Shown here piece after piece: positions 24,197 through 33,638 of a DNA stretch of 38,474 bases. Made by a program: the position numbers and the translations under genes. The stretch's first letter is position 1. Each line of letters begins with the position of its first letter. The stretch lies in IMG/VR virus record IMGVR_UViG_2778261226_000006. One strand, 5' to 3'. This stretch comes from a virus (lineage: Duplodnaviria; Heunggongvirae; Uroviricota; Caudoviricetes). A model generated the notes under the pieces. It made no database searches. It was not told the DNA's origin and worked only from the letters and a program-made list of their open reading frames with translations.

Positions 24197-25713
24197 GCAC
24201 AAAATTTTATACCCTGCTGACGGATATTGGCGCGGCGAAACTTGCCAGCGCCGCCGCGCTCGGTGTGCCGCTAAAAATTACCCATATGGCGGTGGGCGAT
24301 GGCGGTGGAGTATTGCCAACGCCGGACGCAAAGCAGACGGCACTGGTAAATGAGAAACGCCGGGCTGCGCTGAATATGCTTTATATCGACCCGCAGAACA
24401 GCAGCCAGATTATTGCCGAACAGGTGATCCCTGAAAACGAGGGCGGTTGGTGGATACGTGAAGTGGGCTTGTTTGATGAGTCCGGGGCATTGATTGCCGT
24501 GGGCAACTGCCCGGAAAGCTATAAGCCGCAACTGGCTGAAGGTAGCGGGCGCACTCAGACCGTGCGCATGGTGCTGATTACCAGCAGCACGGACAATATC
24601 ACCCTGAAAATCGACCCTGCTGTAGTGCTGGCAACCCGCAAGTATGTGGATGACAAGGCACTGGAGCTGAAGGTGTACGCGGATAATCAGATGGCAAAAC
24701 ATCTTGCCGCACCGGACCCGCATTCACAGTACGCGCCAAAAGCCAGCCCAACATTTACCGGAACCCCCAAAGCGCCGACGCCAGCGGCGGGGAATAATAC
24801 CACGCAACTTGCGACCACCGCGTTTGTTCAGGCGGCACTGACAGCCCTGATTAATGGTGCGCCAGCCACGCTGGACACGCTGAAAGAAATAGCCGCAGCC
24901 ATTAACAATGATCCGAATTTCAGTACCACCATTAACAATGCGCTGGCACTAAAAGCACCGTTGTCGAGTCCGGCACTCACCGGAACGCCAACAGCCCCCA
25001 CGGCGGCGCAGTCGGTCAACAATACACAGATTGCCACTACGGCTTTTGTGAAATCGGCGATTGCAGGAATGGTGGGTTCTGCACCTGCTGCACTGGATAC
25101 ACTGAACGAACTGGCGGCGGCACTGGGGAATGATCCGAACTTTGCCACGACAATGCTTAATGCGCTGGCAGGTAAACAACCGCTGGACAATACGCTTACC
25201 AATTTGAGTGGAAAGGATGTAGCTGGTCTTCTCGCATACCTTGGTTTGGGAGAAGGCTCTGCATTACCGGTTGGTGTGCCTATTCCGTGGCCTTCAGCCA
25301 CTCCGCCAATGGGGTGGCTAAAATGTAACGGAGCAGTATTTTCTTCTGAAAAGTACCCAAATCTGGCAAAGGCTTACCCAACATTAAAATTACCAGATTT
25401 ACGCGGTGAATTTATTCGTGGCTGGGATGATGGGCGCGGGATTGACTCTGGTCGTAACTTATTATCTGCACAGAATGATGCAATTCAGAATATTGTTGGT
25501 TCTTTTGGGCGTACCCAGCTTTTTAGAGACGTACTTAGTTCAGGGCCATTTAGTCAACATGGGCAAGTATTATCTACAGGTCTAAAGGAAGCCGAAATTA
25601 TTGAGGGTTATGGCGCTTATAACTGGACATTCGACGCATCTCGCTCAGTTCGCACAGCATCTGAAACCCGCTCCCGTAACATCGCCTTTAATTATATTGT
25701 GAGGGCTGCATGA
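24193..25713 (+). CDS. H: Tail fibre protein H (constant N-part plus currently expressed variable C-terminal receptor-binding cassette)
   Basis: The conserved N-terminus MSTKFYTLLTDIGAAKLA matches P2 H. The C-terminal PIPWPSATPPMGWLKCNG...LPDLRGEFIRGWD is a tail-collar motif. Confidence 0.9.
   Translation: MSTKFYTLLTDIGAAKLASAAALGVPLKITHMAVGDGGGVLPTPDAKQTALVNEKRRAALNMLYIDPQNSSQIIAEQVIPENEGGWWIREVGLFDESGALIAVGNCPESYKPQLAEGSGRTQTVRMVLITSSTDNITLKIDPAVVLATRKYVDDKALELKVYADNQMAKHLAAPDPHSQYAPKASPTFTGTPKAPTPAAGNNTTQLATTAFVQAALTALINGAPATLDTLKEIAAAINNDPNFSTTINNALALKAPLSSPALTGTPTAPTAAQSVNNTQIATTAFVKSAIAGMVGSAPAALDTLNELAAALGNDPNFATTMLNALAGKQPLDNTLTNLSGKDVAGLLAYLGLGEGSALPVGVPIPWPSATPPMGWLKCNGAVFSSEKYPNLAKAYPTLKLPDLRGEFIRGWDDGRGIDSGRNLLSAQNDAIQNIVGSFGRTQLFRDVLSSGPFSQHGQVLSTGLKEAEIIEGYGAYNWTFDASRSVRTASETRSRNIAFNYIVRAA
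24745..25188 (+). repeat. Tandem duplication of a 74-aa tail-fibre repeat unit within H
   Basis: SPTFTGTPKAP...TTAFVQAAL...LDTLKEIAAAINNDPNFSTTINNAL is followed by SPALTGTPTAP...TTAFVKSAI...LDTLNELAAALGNDPNFATTMLNAL. Confidence 0.85.
25229..25254. repeat. Invertase crossover site, left (cix/gix/hix-like 26-bp site) inside H
   Basis: TTCTCGCATACC-TT-GGTTTGGGAGAA has imperfect dyad half-sites. Its right half is the exact reverse complement of the left half of the site at 27174-27199. Confidence 0.7.
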
Positions 25714-26315
25714 TAAGTAAAGCTGTATTAAATAATGAACTCATCGCCACAAAGGCCGGAGACATTACCGTTTATAATTATGATGGTGAAACACGGGAAT
25801 ATATTTCCACATCAACTGAATATCTTGCTGTGGGTGTCGGTATCCCGGCATGTTCCTGTTTAGATGCTCCTGGCTCATATAAAGCTGGTTATGCAATTTG
25901 CCGTTCTGCAGATTTTAACTCATGGGAATATGTGCCAGACCATCGCGGTGAAATCGTCTATAGCACCGAAACAGGAGAATCAAAAGAAATCACAGTTCCG
26001 GGTGATTACCCTGAAAATACAACCACTATCGCCCCGTTAACGTCATACGATAAATGGGATGGTGAGAAATGGGTGACCGACACTGAGGCACAGCATAACG
26101 CCGCAGTAGACGCGGCAGAAGTACGGCGCCAGTCACTGATTGATGCGGCTATGGCTTCCATTAGTCTGATTCAGCTGAAATTGCAGGCCGGGCGGAAGCT
26201 GACGCAGGCAGAAACAACCCGGCTTAACGCTGTGCTGGATTACATTGACGCGGTGACTGCAACAGATATCAGCACCGCGCCGGATGTCATCTGGCCTGAA
26301 CTACCGGAGGCGTAG
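25710..26315 (+). CDS. G: Tail fibre assembly chaperone (gpG/U-like), expressed orientation
   Basis: The C-terminal half (...EAQHNAAVDAAEVRRQSLIDAAMASISLIQLKLQAGRKLTQAE...LDYIDAV) is of the tail-fibre-assembly family. The start overlaps the H stop. Confidence 0.85.
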   Translation: MISKAVLNNELIATKAGDITVYNYDGETREYISTSTEYLAVGVGIPACSCLDAPGSYKAGYAICRSADFNSWEYVPDHRGEIVYSTETGESKEITVPGDYPENTTTIAPLTSYDKWDGEKWVTDTEAQHNAAVDAAEVRRQSLIDAAMASISLIQLKLQAGRKLTQAETTRLNAVLDYIDAVTATDISTAPDVIWPELPEA

Positions 26316-26730
26316 GCCATTCAATATCTGGAGCACTGGAGGTATCAACCAGTTCCAGTGCGTCCAGATAATCCAGCCATAAATTATATTGTTCCAGCTC
26401 GTCACCTTTCAGACGACCAATAGCAGCTTTGCCAGGCCACTGATGGGTATTGATGTAGGTATTGACTTCTGAAACCAAAGATATTTTTTTCATTTCAGCC
26501 GCCAGCACCTCATCCTCTTTTGAAGGCGGCGGGGAATTAATCCATATTGGCCGTCCTGAACTGTCAGCGCCAATTTCTTTCCCTTCTGGATGCAGCCCAA
26601 GAAATTGCTCATATGTTTCTCTGGTAATTTCAATAACATCATCAGGAAGCGTTCCCGCATCCTCATATTCTGGAAACAATTCTTGCAGATAAAAACTTTT
26701 ACTTCCGGGTGAAAAGAATACTGAGTTCAT
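26287..26730 (-). CDS. Alternative tail fibre assembly chaperone (silent orientation)
   Basis: Same family (...HQWPGKAAIGRLKGDELEQYNLWLDYLDALELVD...). It is convergent with G and overlaps it at the 3' ends, as Mu U/U' do. Confidence 0.85.
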   Translation of the reverse strand: MNSVFFSPGSKSFYLQELFPEYEDAGTLPDDVIEITRETYEQFLGLHPEGKEIGADSSGRPIWINSPPPSKEDEVLAAEMKKISLVSEVNTYINTHQWPGKAAIGRLKGDELEQYNLWLDYLDALELVDTSSAPDIEWPTPPVVQAR

Positions 26731-26732
26731 TC

Positions 26733-27186
26733 TTACCGTCCAATGATTAACGCTGAGACGCTGGTATCTGAAGGAAAGGCTGCATTCAGTGGTTTGTCGA
26801 CTTTGAACACAATCGTATTATTCCCCCTGACAGCGGCAAAAGAACAAACCGCCGTCGCGTATGAACCTGTAATATTACTGGATACACCACCATAGGCTGT
26901 TGTTGATACCAGAGGGATAACGCCCAGCACCTTATTAGGAAATACAAAGGGCAATGTGGCTGTGGCAATATAAGACTTATTAGAACCTGTGATGGCATAA
27001 GCATTATCAGTCATTCCATTCATCGCCACTGGGCCGCTTATACTTACAGTAACCATCTGAATGATTAGCCCGTCAGGTTGACGAATCACAAAATTTCCAT
27101 TGCCACCAGTAGCCGTCCAGAAAGACATATCAGGGATTTGGTTTTCCCCGTTGCCCACATTCCGTTTTGCCGCTTCTCCCAAACCA
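26733..27186 (-). CDS. Alternative tail-fibre C-terminal cassette (promoterless; would fuse to H after inversion)
   Basis: The reading frame through the crossover gives ...GLGE|AAKRNVGNGENQ..., which matches the LGLGE junction in H. The rest is an unrelated beta-rich receptor-binding domain. The track ORF's first codons (27187-27227) lie outside the segment. Confidence 0.8.
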
Positions 27187-27199
27187 ACGTTTAAGAAAA
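27174..27199. repeat. Invertase crossover site, right
   Basis: TTCTCCCAAACC-AA-CGTTTAAGAAAA, in inverted orientation relative to 25229-25254 (central AA versus TT). Confidence 0.7.
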
Positions 27200-27254
27200 T
27201 GCAGAGGTAACAGCTAACTGGCATCATCTCCGGTTTTTATTCAGGGGGATGATC

Positions 27255-27821
27255 ATGCTTATTGGCTATGTACGCGTGTCAACAAATGACCAGAACACCG
27301 ATTTGCAACGTAATGCACTGAACTGCGCGGGATGTGAGCGGATTTTTGAGGACAAAATCAGTGGCACTAAGTCCGACAGACCGGGGCTGAAAAAACTACT
27401 CAGGACACTATCGGTAGGAGACACGCTGGTTGTCTGGAAGCTGGACAGGTTGGGGCGCAGTATGCGGCATCTTGTTACGCTGATAGAAGAGTTGCGCCAG
27501 CGTGGTGTGAATTTCAGAAGCCTGACTGACAGTATTGATACCAGTACCCCAATGGGCCGTTTCTTTTTTCATGTCATGGGTGCCCTGGCTGAAATGGAAC
27601 GCGAACTGATAGTTGAACGCACCAGGGCAGGGCTGGCTGCAGCTCGTGCCAAAGGCAGAGTAGGTGGACGCCGTCCTAAGTTGACCACCGAACAGTGGGC
27701 ACAGATTGGGCGTTTACTCGAGGCCGGAGAATCAAGACAGCGTATTGCACTGATTTTTGATGTAGGCGTTTCTACCATTTATAGAAAATTTCCGGCAAAT
27801 AAGATCAATGAATCCCCCTGA
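27255..27821 (+). CDS. Serine DNA invertase (Gin/Cin/Pin/Hin family)
   Basis: MLIGYVRVSTNDQNTDLQRNAL (catalytic Ser), ...LVVWKLDRLGRS..., and the C-terminal HTH GGRRPKLT...IALIFDVGVSTIYRKF. Confidence 0.93.
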   Translation: MLIGYVRVSTNDQNTDLQRNALNCAGCERIFEDKISGTKSDRPGLKKLLRTLSVGDTLVVWKLDRLGRSMRHLVTLIEELRQRGVNFRSLTDSIDTSTPMGRFFFHVMGALAEMERELIVERTRAGLAAARAKGRVGGRRPKLTTEQWAQIGRLLEAGESRQRIALIFDVGVSTIYRKFPANKINESP

Positions 27822-27869
27822 ATCAGCATTATGTTGATTATCCCTGCAAGCAGACAAATACCGTTATTT

Positions 27870-27887
27870 TGTGTGAATAACGACACA
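27870..27887. promoter_or_regulatory. Late-activator site (TGT-N12-ACA), PF-like
   Basis: TGTgtgaataacgacACA lies 77 nt upstream of the FI start. Confidence 0.55.
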
Positions 27888-27963
27888 ACTGCGCTTAGCT
27901 GTTTGTCAGGCACAATCACTTCAACATAGGGCGAAGCCTAATCCAATCAGGAGGTTCGCCACT

Positions 27964-29136
27964 ATGGCTCAGGATTACCACCACGGGGTGCGCGTTGTTG
28001 AAGTCAACGAAGGCACCCGATCTATTACCACGGTGAGCACCGCCATCGTGGGTATGGTCTGCACGGGCGATGATGCCGATGCAAAAATGTTTCCTCTTAA
28101 TAAACCCGTGCTGATCACTGATGTGCTGACTGCCAGCGGTAAAGCGGGTGAGTCCGGTACTCTGGCCCGTTCGCTGGATGCCATCGCTGACCAGGCAAAA
28201 CCCGTGACCATTGTTGTGCGTGTGCCGCAGGGTGAAACGGAAGACGAAACCACGACCAATATCATCGGCGCAGTGACTGCTGAAGGTAAAAAAACAGGTA
28301 TGAAAGCCCTGTTATCTGCCCAGTCACAGCTCGGCGTTAAACCGCGCATTCTCGGCGTGCCAGGCCACGACACCAAGGCGGTAGCTACTGAGTTGCTGAG
28401 CGTGGCGCAAAGCCTGCGTGGATTTGCTTACCTGTCAGCGTATGGCTGCAAGACAGTGCAGGAGGCGATCACTTACCGCGAAAACTTCAGCCAGCGCGAA
28501 GGGATGCTGATCTGGCCTGACTTTACTGGCTGGGACACGGTGCTGAATGCCGAAGCAACGGCATATGCCACCGCCCGTGCGCTTGGTCTGCGCGCCAAAA
28601 TTGACGAGCAGACCGGATGGCACAAAAGCCTGTCCAATGTGGGCGTGAACGGTGTCACCGGAATTTCTGCAGATGTGTTCTGGGATCTGCAGGACCCGGC
28701 AACCGATGCAGGTCTGCTGAACCAGAACGACGTCACCACGCTTGTGCGTAAAGACGGTTTCCGCTTCTGGGGGTCCCGCTGCCTGAGTGATGACCCGCTC
28801 TTTGCCTTCGAAAACTACACCCGCACGGCGCAGGTGCTGACGGACACGATGGCAGAAGCACACATGTGGGCGGTGGATAAACCGCTTAACCCGTCGCTGG
28901 CCCGCGACATTATCGAAGGTATCCGCGCCAAAATGCGCAGCCTGGTCAGTCAGGGCTATCTCATTGGTGGTGATTGCTGGCTGGATGAGTCGGTGAACGA
29001 CAAAGACACGCTGAAAGCCGGAAAACTCACCATCGACTACGACTACACGCCAGTGCCGCCACTTGAAAACCTGATGCTGCGTCAGCGCATCACCGATCAG
29101 TACCTGGTGAATTTCGCCAGCCAGGTCAGCGCGTAA
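27964..29136 (+). CDS. FI: Contractile tail sheath protein FI
   Basis: 390 aa beginning [19 protein letters not shown]..., the sheath family. Confidence 0.93.
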   Translation: MAQDYHHGVRVVEVNEGTRSITTVSTAIVGMVCTGDDADAKMFPLNKPVLITDVLTASGKAGESGTLARSLDAIADQAKPVTIVVRVPQGETEDETTTNIIGAVTAEGKKTGMKALLSAQSQLGVKPRILGVPGHDTKAVATELLSVAQSLRGFAYLSAYGCKTVQEAITYRENFSQREGMLIWPDFTGWDTVLNAEATAYATARALGLRAKIDEQTGWHKSLSNVGVNGVTGISADVFWDLQDPATDAGLLNQNDVTTLVRKDGFRFWGSRCLSDDPLFAFENYTRTAQVLTDTMAEAHMWAVDKPLNPSLARDIIEGIRAKMRSLVSQGYLIGGDCWLDESVNDKDTLKAGKLTIDYDYTPVPPLENLMLRQRITDQYLVNFASQVSA

Positions 29137-29145
29137 GGGGACAAC

Positions 29146-29661
29146 ATGGCTTTACCACGCAAATTAAAACACCTGAACCTGTTTAACGACGGGAACAACT
29201 GGCAGGGGATCGTTGAGTCGCTGACGCTGCCGAAATTTACCCGCAAATATGAGAAGTATCGCGGCGGCGGAATGCCGGGTGCGGTGGATGTGGATCTGGG
29301 GCTTGATGACAGTGCGCTGGACACAGAATTTTCCATTGGTGGTACTGAATTGCTGCTGTTTAAACAGATGGGTAAAGCCACGGTGGATGGCATCCAGCTG
29401 CGCTTTACCGGCTCTATTCAGCGTGACGATACCGGGGAAGTGCAGGCCGTGGAGCTTGTCGTGCGTGGACGTCACAAAGAAGTGGATTCCGGCGAGTGGA
29501 AGACGGGCGAAAGCAACACCACCAAAGTGACCAGTACCAACAGCTACGCGAAGCTGACCATCAATGGTGAGGTGCTCTATGAAGTGGACCTTATCAACAT
29601 GGTGGAAATTGTGGACGGTGTGGACCTGATGGAAGCGCACCGCAACGCCCTCGGCCTCTGA
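29146..29661 (+). CDS. FII: Tail tube protein FII
   Basis: 171 aa beginning MALPRKLKHLNLFNDGNNWQG..., the gpFII family. Confidence 0.92.
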   Translation: MALPRKLKHLNLFNDGNNWQGIVESLTLPKFTRKYEKYRGGGMPGAVDVDLGLDDSALDTEFSIGGTELLLFKQMGKATVDGIQLRFTGSIQRDDTGEVQAVELVVRGRHKEVDSGEWKTGESNTTKVTSTNSYAKLTINGEVLYEVDLINMVEIVDGVDLMEAHRNALGL

Positions 29662-29715
29662 TATATCTGAACGGCGCGGGATACCGCGCCAGAACCCAAT
29701 TGACAGGACAGCAAA

Positions 29716-30018
29716 ATGAGCGATAAGCAGACTGAAAAGACCATTCAACTGGATACCCCCATCAAGCGCGGTAAAACAGAAATCACCGAAATTGTGCTGC
29801 GTAAACCGCAGTCCGGTGCGCTGCGCGGTACACGCCTGCAGGCCATTATGGATATGGATGTAAACGCGATGATGACCGTGATCCCCCGCATCTCCAGTCC
29901 GGCACTGACTGCACAGGAAATTGCAGAGATGGACCCGGCAGATCTCACTGCCATGTCGGTTGAGGTTGTCACTTTTTTGTTGAAGAAGTCGGTGCTTGCC
30001 GGTTTACCGACAGCCTGA
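29716..30018 (+). CDS. E: Tail assembly chaperone E
   Basis: 100 aa at the expected position between FII and T. It contains the slippery T-run. Confidence 0.85.
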   Translation: MSDKQTEKTIQLDTPIKRGKTEITEIVLRKPQSGALRGTRLQAIMDMDVNAMMTVIPRISSPALTAQEIAEMDPADLTAMSVEVVTFLLKKSVLAGLPTA

Positions 30019-30152
30019 CGGTTGACGATCTGGTGGCAGATATCGCCACCATTTTTCACTGGCCGCCATCCGTTACTGACGTTATGCCGCTGACCGAAGT
30101 GCTGGAATGGCGGTATAAAGCGATTCAGAGAAGCGGGGCCAACGATGAGTGA
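29716..30152 (+). CDS. E+E' tail chaperone made by programmed -1 frameshift
   Basis: Slippery TTTTTTG at 29973-29979. The -1 frame stays open (…FFVEEVGACRFTDSLTVDDLVADIATIFHWPPSVTDVMPLTEVLEWRYKAIQRSGANDE*) to TGA 30150-30152 and overlaps the T start. Confidence 0.75.
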
Positions 30153-33100
30153 TAACAACCTGCGTCTGCAGGTCATTCTTAATGCGGTTGACAAGCTCAC
30201 CCGCCCATTTCGATCTGCGCAGGCCAGTTCAAGAGAACTGGCTGCTGCTGTCAAAAAATCCCGCGATGCAATAAAGCAGCTTGATCAGGCCGGGAGCAGT
30301 CTGGACAGCTTCCGAAAGCTGCAGGCAGAAAATCAGAAATTAGGCGACAGGCTGAACTATGCCCGCCAGCGTGCAAATTTGCTCAGTCAGGAACTGGGAG
30401 CGATGGGGCCGCCTTCGCAACGTCAGGTTGTTGCTCTGGGCCGTCAACGGCTGGCTGTTCAGCGCCTGGAAGAACGCCAGAAAAAGCTGCAGCAGCAGAC
30501 GGCGCTTGTGCGTGCTGAACTGTACCGGGCGGGAATTTCTGCGAAAGACGATGCGGGAGCAACTGCCCGTTTAGCCCGTGAAACATCACGTTATAACCAG
30601 GAACTTTCGAAACAGGAGGCGCGGCTGAAGCGACTGGGGGAAGCTCAGCGCAGGATGAATGCAGCGCGTGCCAGTTATGCCCGTTCGCTGGAGGTGCGTG
30701 ATCGTATTGCAGGTGCCGGAGCCACCACCACGGCTGCAGGGCTGGCAATGGGCGCACCAGTGATGGCGGCAGTAAAAAGCTATACCAGCATGGAAGATGC
30801 CATGAAAGGTGTGGCAAAGCAGGTCAATGGCCTGCGTGACGATAATGGCAACCGCACTGCACGTTTTTATGAAATGCAGGATGCCATCAAGGCTGCCAGC
30901 GAACAGTTGCCGATGGAAAACGGTGCGGTGGATTTCGCTGCACTGGTTGAAGGTGGTGCGCGCATGAACGTCGCAAACCCTGACGACAGCTGGGAAGACC
31001 AGAAACGTGACCTGCTGGCCTTCGCCAGTACGGCAGCAAAGGCGGCAACAGCCTTTGAGCTGCCAGCGGATGAACTGTCAGAAAGTCTGGGGAAAATCGC
31101 CCAGCTCTACAAAATACCTACCCGCAATATTGAACAGCTCGGCGATGCGCTGAACTATCTGGATGATAACGCCATGTCGAAAGGGGCAGACATCATTGAT
31201 GTGATGCAACGTCTGGGCGGTGTGGCTGACCGTCTGGATTATCGTAAAGCGGCGGCGCTGGGTTCCACCTTCCTGACACTGGGCGCTGCGCCAGAGGTTG
31301 CAGCCAGTGCAGCAAACGCGATGGTGCGTGAATTGTCCATTGCCACCATGCAAAGCAAGAGTTTCTTTGAAGGGATGAATCTGCTGAAACTCAATCCTGA
31401 AGCGATTGAAAAGCAGATGACGAAGGATGCGATGGGAACCATCCAGCGCGTGCTGGAGAAGGTAAACGCGCTGCCGCAGGACAAGCGCCTGTCTGCCATG
31501 ACTATGTTGTTTGGTAAAGAGTTTGGCGATGATGCGGCGAAACTGGCAAACAACCTGCCGGAACTGCAGCGTCAGTTAAAACTGACAGCGGGCAATGATG
31601 CGCTCGGCTCCATGCAGAAAGAATCCGACATTAACAAGGATTCACTTTCTGCGCAGTGGTTGCTGGTCAAAACCGGAGCGCAGAACACCTTCAGCAGCCT
31701 GGGCGAAACGCTGCGCCAGCCGCTGATGGATATTCTGTACACGGTGAAAAGCGTCACGGGGGCGTTGCGTCGCTGGGTGGAAGCTAACCCGGAACTGACA
31801 GGCACACTGATGAAAGCATCGGCTGTTGTGGCTGCGGTTACCGTCGGCCTCGGCACCTTAGCGGTGGCGCTGGCTGCAGTGCTGGGGCCGCTGGCAGTGA
31901 TCCGTCTGGGATTCTCTGTGTTGGGTATCAAAACGTTATCTTCCGTTACGGCAGCAGTAACTCGAACCAGCAGCGCGTTGTCCTGGCTGGCTGGCGCACC
32001 ACTGGCACTGCTGCGACGCGGGCTTGCTTCATCGGGCAACGCCGCAGGTTTACTTACTGCGCCGTTGTCGTCTTTGCGCCGCACGGCATCACTGACGGGA
32101 AATGTCCTGAAAACTGTAGCAGGTGCGCCGGTTGCACTTTTGCGGTCTGGATTATCCGGTTTACGTGCTGTTGCTGTGATGTTTATGAATCCTCTGGCGA
32201 TGCTGCGCGTTGCCCTGTATGCCATATCTGGTCTGTTAGGTGCTCTGCTCAGTCCGATAGGTCTTGTGGTTACTGCACTGGCGGGCGTGGCGCTGGTTGT
32301 CTGGAAATACTGGCAACCCATCACCGCATTTCTCGGTGGCGTGGTGGAAGGATTCAAAGCGGCGGCAGGTCCCATCAGTGCAGCGTTCGAACCGCTTAAG
32401 CCCGTGTTCCAGTGGATTGGCGACAAAGTGCAGGCGCTGTGGGGCTGGTTTACTGATCTGCTGACGCCCGTTAAGTCGACCTCTGCCGAACTGCAGAGCG
32501 CAGCGGCAATGGGGCGGCGATTCGGGGAGGCACTGGCGGAAGGGCTGAATATGGTCATGCATCCGCTGGACTCCCTGAAATCCGGCGTTTCCTGGTTGCT
32601 GGAGAAGCTCGGCATTGTCAGTAAAGAGGCCGCAAAGGCAAAACTGCCGGAAAGCGTGACGCGTCAGCAACCTGCGACGGTGAATGCAGACGGTAAAGTG
32701 ATGATGCCATCGGGTGGTTTTCCATCATGGGGATATGGCTTTGCGGGGATGTATGACAGCGGCGGGTATATCCCGCGCGGGCAGTTTGGCATCGTCGGTG
32801 AAAACGGGCCGGAAATTGTTAACGGCCCGGCAAATGTGACCAGCCGGAGAAATACAGCTGCACTGGCTGCCGTTGTTGCCGGAATGATGGGCGTTGCTGC
32901 CGCGCCAGCAGAGCTTCCACCGTTGCACCCTTTGGCACTTCCCGCGAAAGGTGGAGAAGCAATTGTGAGTCGCGCAGCCACTGTGCCGCTCGTTCAACGG
33001 ATTGAGGCACCGACGCAGATCATCATTCAGACGCAGCCAGGACAAAGTGCGCAGGATATTGCGCGGGAGGTGGCACGCCAGCTTGATGAACGTGAACGCA

Positions 33101-33156
33101 GGCTGAAGGCAAAAGCCAGGAGTAACTACAGCGATCAGGGGGGATACGACGCATGA
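30145..33156 (+). CDS. T: Tail tape measure protein T
   Basis: 1003 aa, Ala/Leu-rich and helical, with hydrophobic central repeats. Position fits. Confidence 0.92.
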   Translation: MSDNNLRLQVILNAVDKLTRPFRSAQASSRELAAAVKKSRDAIKQLDQAGSSLDSFRKLQAENQKLGDRLNYARQRANLLSQELGAMGPPSQRQVVALGRQRLAVQRLEERQKKLQQQTALVRAELYRAGISAKDDAGATARLARETSRYNQELSKQEARLKRLGEAQRRMNAARASYARSLEVRDRIAGAGATTTAAGLAMGAPVMAAVKSYTSMEDAMKGVAKQVNGLRDDNGNRTARFYEMQDAIKAASEQLPMENGAVDFAALVEGGARMNVANPDDSWEDQKRDLLAFASTAAKAATAFELPADELSESLGKIAQLYKIPTRNIEQLGDALNYLDDNAMSKGADIIDVMQRLGGVADRLDYRKAAALGSTFLTLGAAPEVAASAANAMVRELSIATMQSKSFFEGMNLLKLNPEAIEKQMTKDAMGTIQRVLEKVNALPQDKRLSAMTMLFGKEFGDDAAKLANNLPELQRQLKLTAGNDALGSMQKESDINKDSLSAQWLLVKTGAQNTFSSLGETLRQPLMDILYTVKSVTGALRRWVEANPELTGTLMKASAVVAAVTVGLGTLAVALAAVLGPLAVIRLGFSVLGIKTLSSVTAAVTRTSSALSWLAGAPLALLRRGLASSGNAAGLLTAPLSSLRRTASLTGNVLKTVAGAPVALLRSGLSGLRAVAVMFMNPLAMLRVALYAISGLLGALLSPIGLVVTALAGVALVVWKYWQPITAFLGGVVEGFKAAAGPISAAFEPLKPVFQWIGDKVQALWGWFTDLLTPVKSTSAELQSAAAMGRRFGEALAEGLNMVMHPLDSLKSGVSWLLEKLGIVSKEAAKAKLPESVTRQQPATVNADGKVMMPSGGFPSWGYGFAGMYDSGGYIPRGQFGIVGENGPEIVNGPANVTSRRNTAALAAVVAGMMGVAAAPAELPPLHPLALPAKGGEAIVSRAATVPLVQRIEAPTQIIIQTQPGQSAQDIAREVARQLDERERRLKAKARSNYSDQGGYDA

Positions 33157-33638
33157 TGATGGTGCTGGGATTGTACGTGTTTATGCTGCGCACCGTTCCG
33201 TATCAGGAACTGCAGTATCAACGCAGCTGGCGACATGCGGCAAACAGTCGGGTAAACCGACGTCCGTCCACGCAGTTTCTGGGACCGGAAAACGACATGT
33301 TGACGCTTTCCGGTGTTCTTATGCCGGAAATAACAGGCGGCAGGCTGTCGTTGCTGGCACTGGAGCAGATGGCAGAACAGGGGAAAGCATGGCCCCTGAT
33401 TGAAGGCAGCGGCACGATTTACGGAATGTATGTGATTGAGGGACTGAATCAGACTAAAACGGAGTTTTTCCGCGACGGTATGCCGCGCCGAATTGAGTTC
33501 ACCCTGTCGCTCAAACGAGTGGATGAATCCCTGTCCGATATGTTCGGTGATCTCAGTGCGCAACTGAATAATCTGCAGGACACGGCAACGTCTGCCTTAA
33601 GCGATATCAGTAAAACGGTGGGAGGGCTGCTGTCGTGA
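33153..33638 (+). CDS. U: Tail protein U
   Basis: 161 aa beginning MMMVLGLYVFMLRTVPYQELQYQRSWRH..., the gpU family. Confidence 0.88.
   Translation: MMMVLGLYVFMLRTVPYQELQYQRSWRHAANSRVNRRPSTQFLGPENDMLTLSGVLMPEITGGRLSLLALEQMAEQGKAWPLIEGSGTIYGMYVIEGLNQTKTEFFRDGMPRRIEFTLSLKRVDESLSDMFGDLSAQLNNLQDTATSALSDISKTVGGLLS

Larger units (their letters stand above)
25242..27186. mobile_element. Invertible tail-fibre host-range segment (Mu G / P1 C segment-like)
   Basis: Bounded by inverted 26-bp sites. It contains the H C-terminal cassette plus chaperone on the + strand. A promoterless alternative cassette plus chaperone lies on the - strand. An invertase gene is adjacent. Confidence 0.75.

Noticed and set aside
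27187-27227. First 14 codons (MMPVSCYLCIFLNV) of the 164-aa minus-strand ORF
   Set aside because: They lie outside the invertible segment, beyond the crossover site. The cassette is expressed only as a fusion to H after inversion, so this ATG is incidental.
30383-32981. Many long antisense or alternative-frame ORFs inside the tape-measure gene (e.g. 31572-32615 minus, 347 aa)
   Set aside because: They are Ala/Ser/Pro/Arg-rich low-complexity translations typical of the reverse strand of a GC-rich Ala-rich gene. None has an RBS or any motif.
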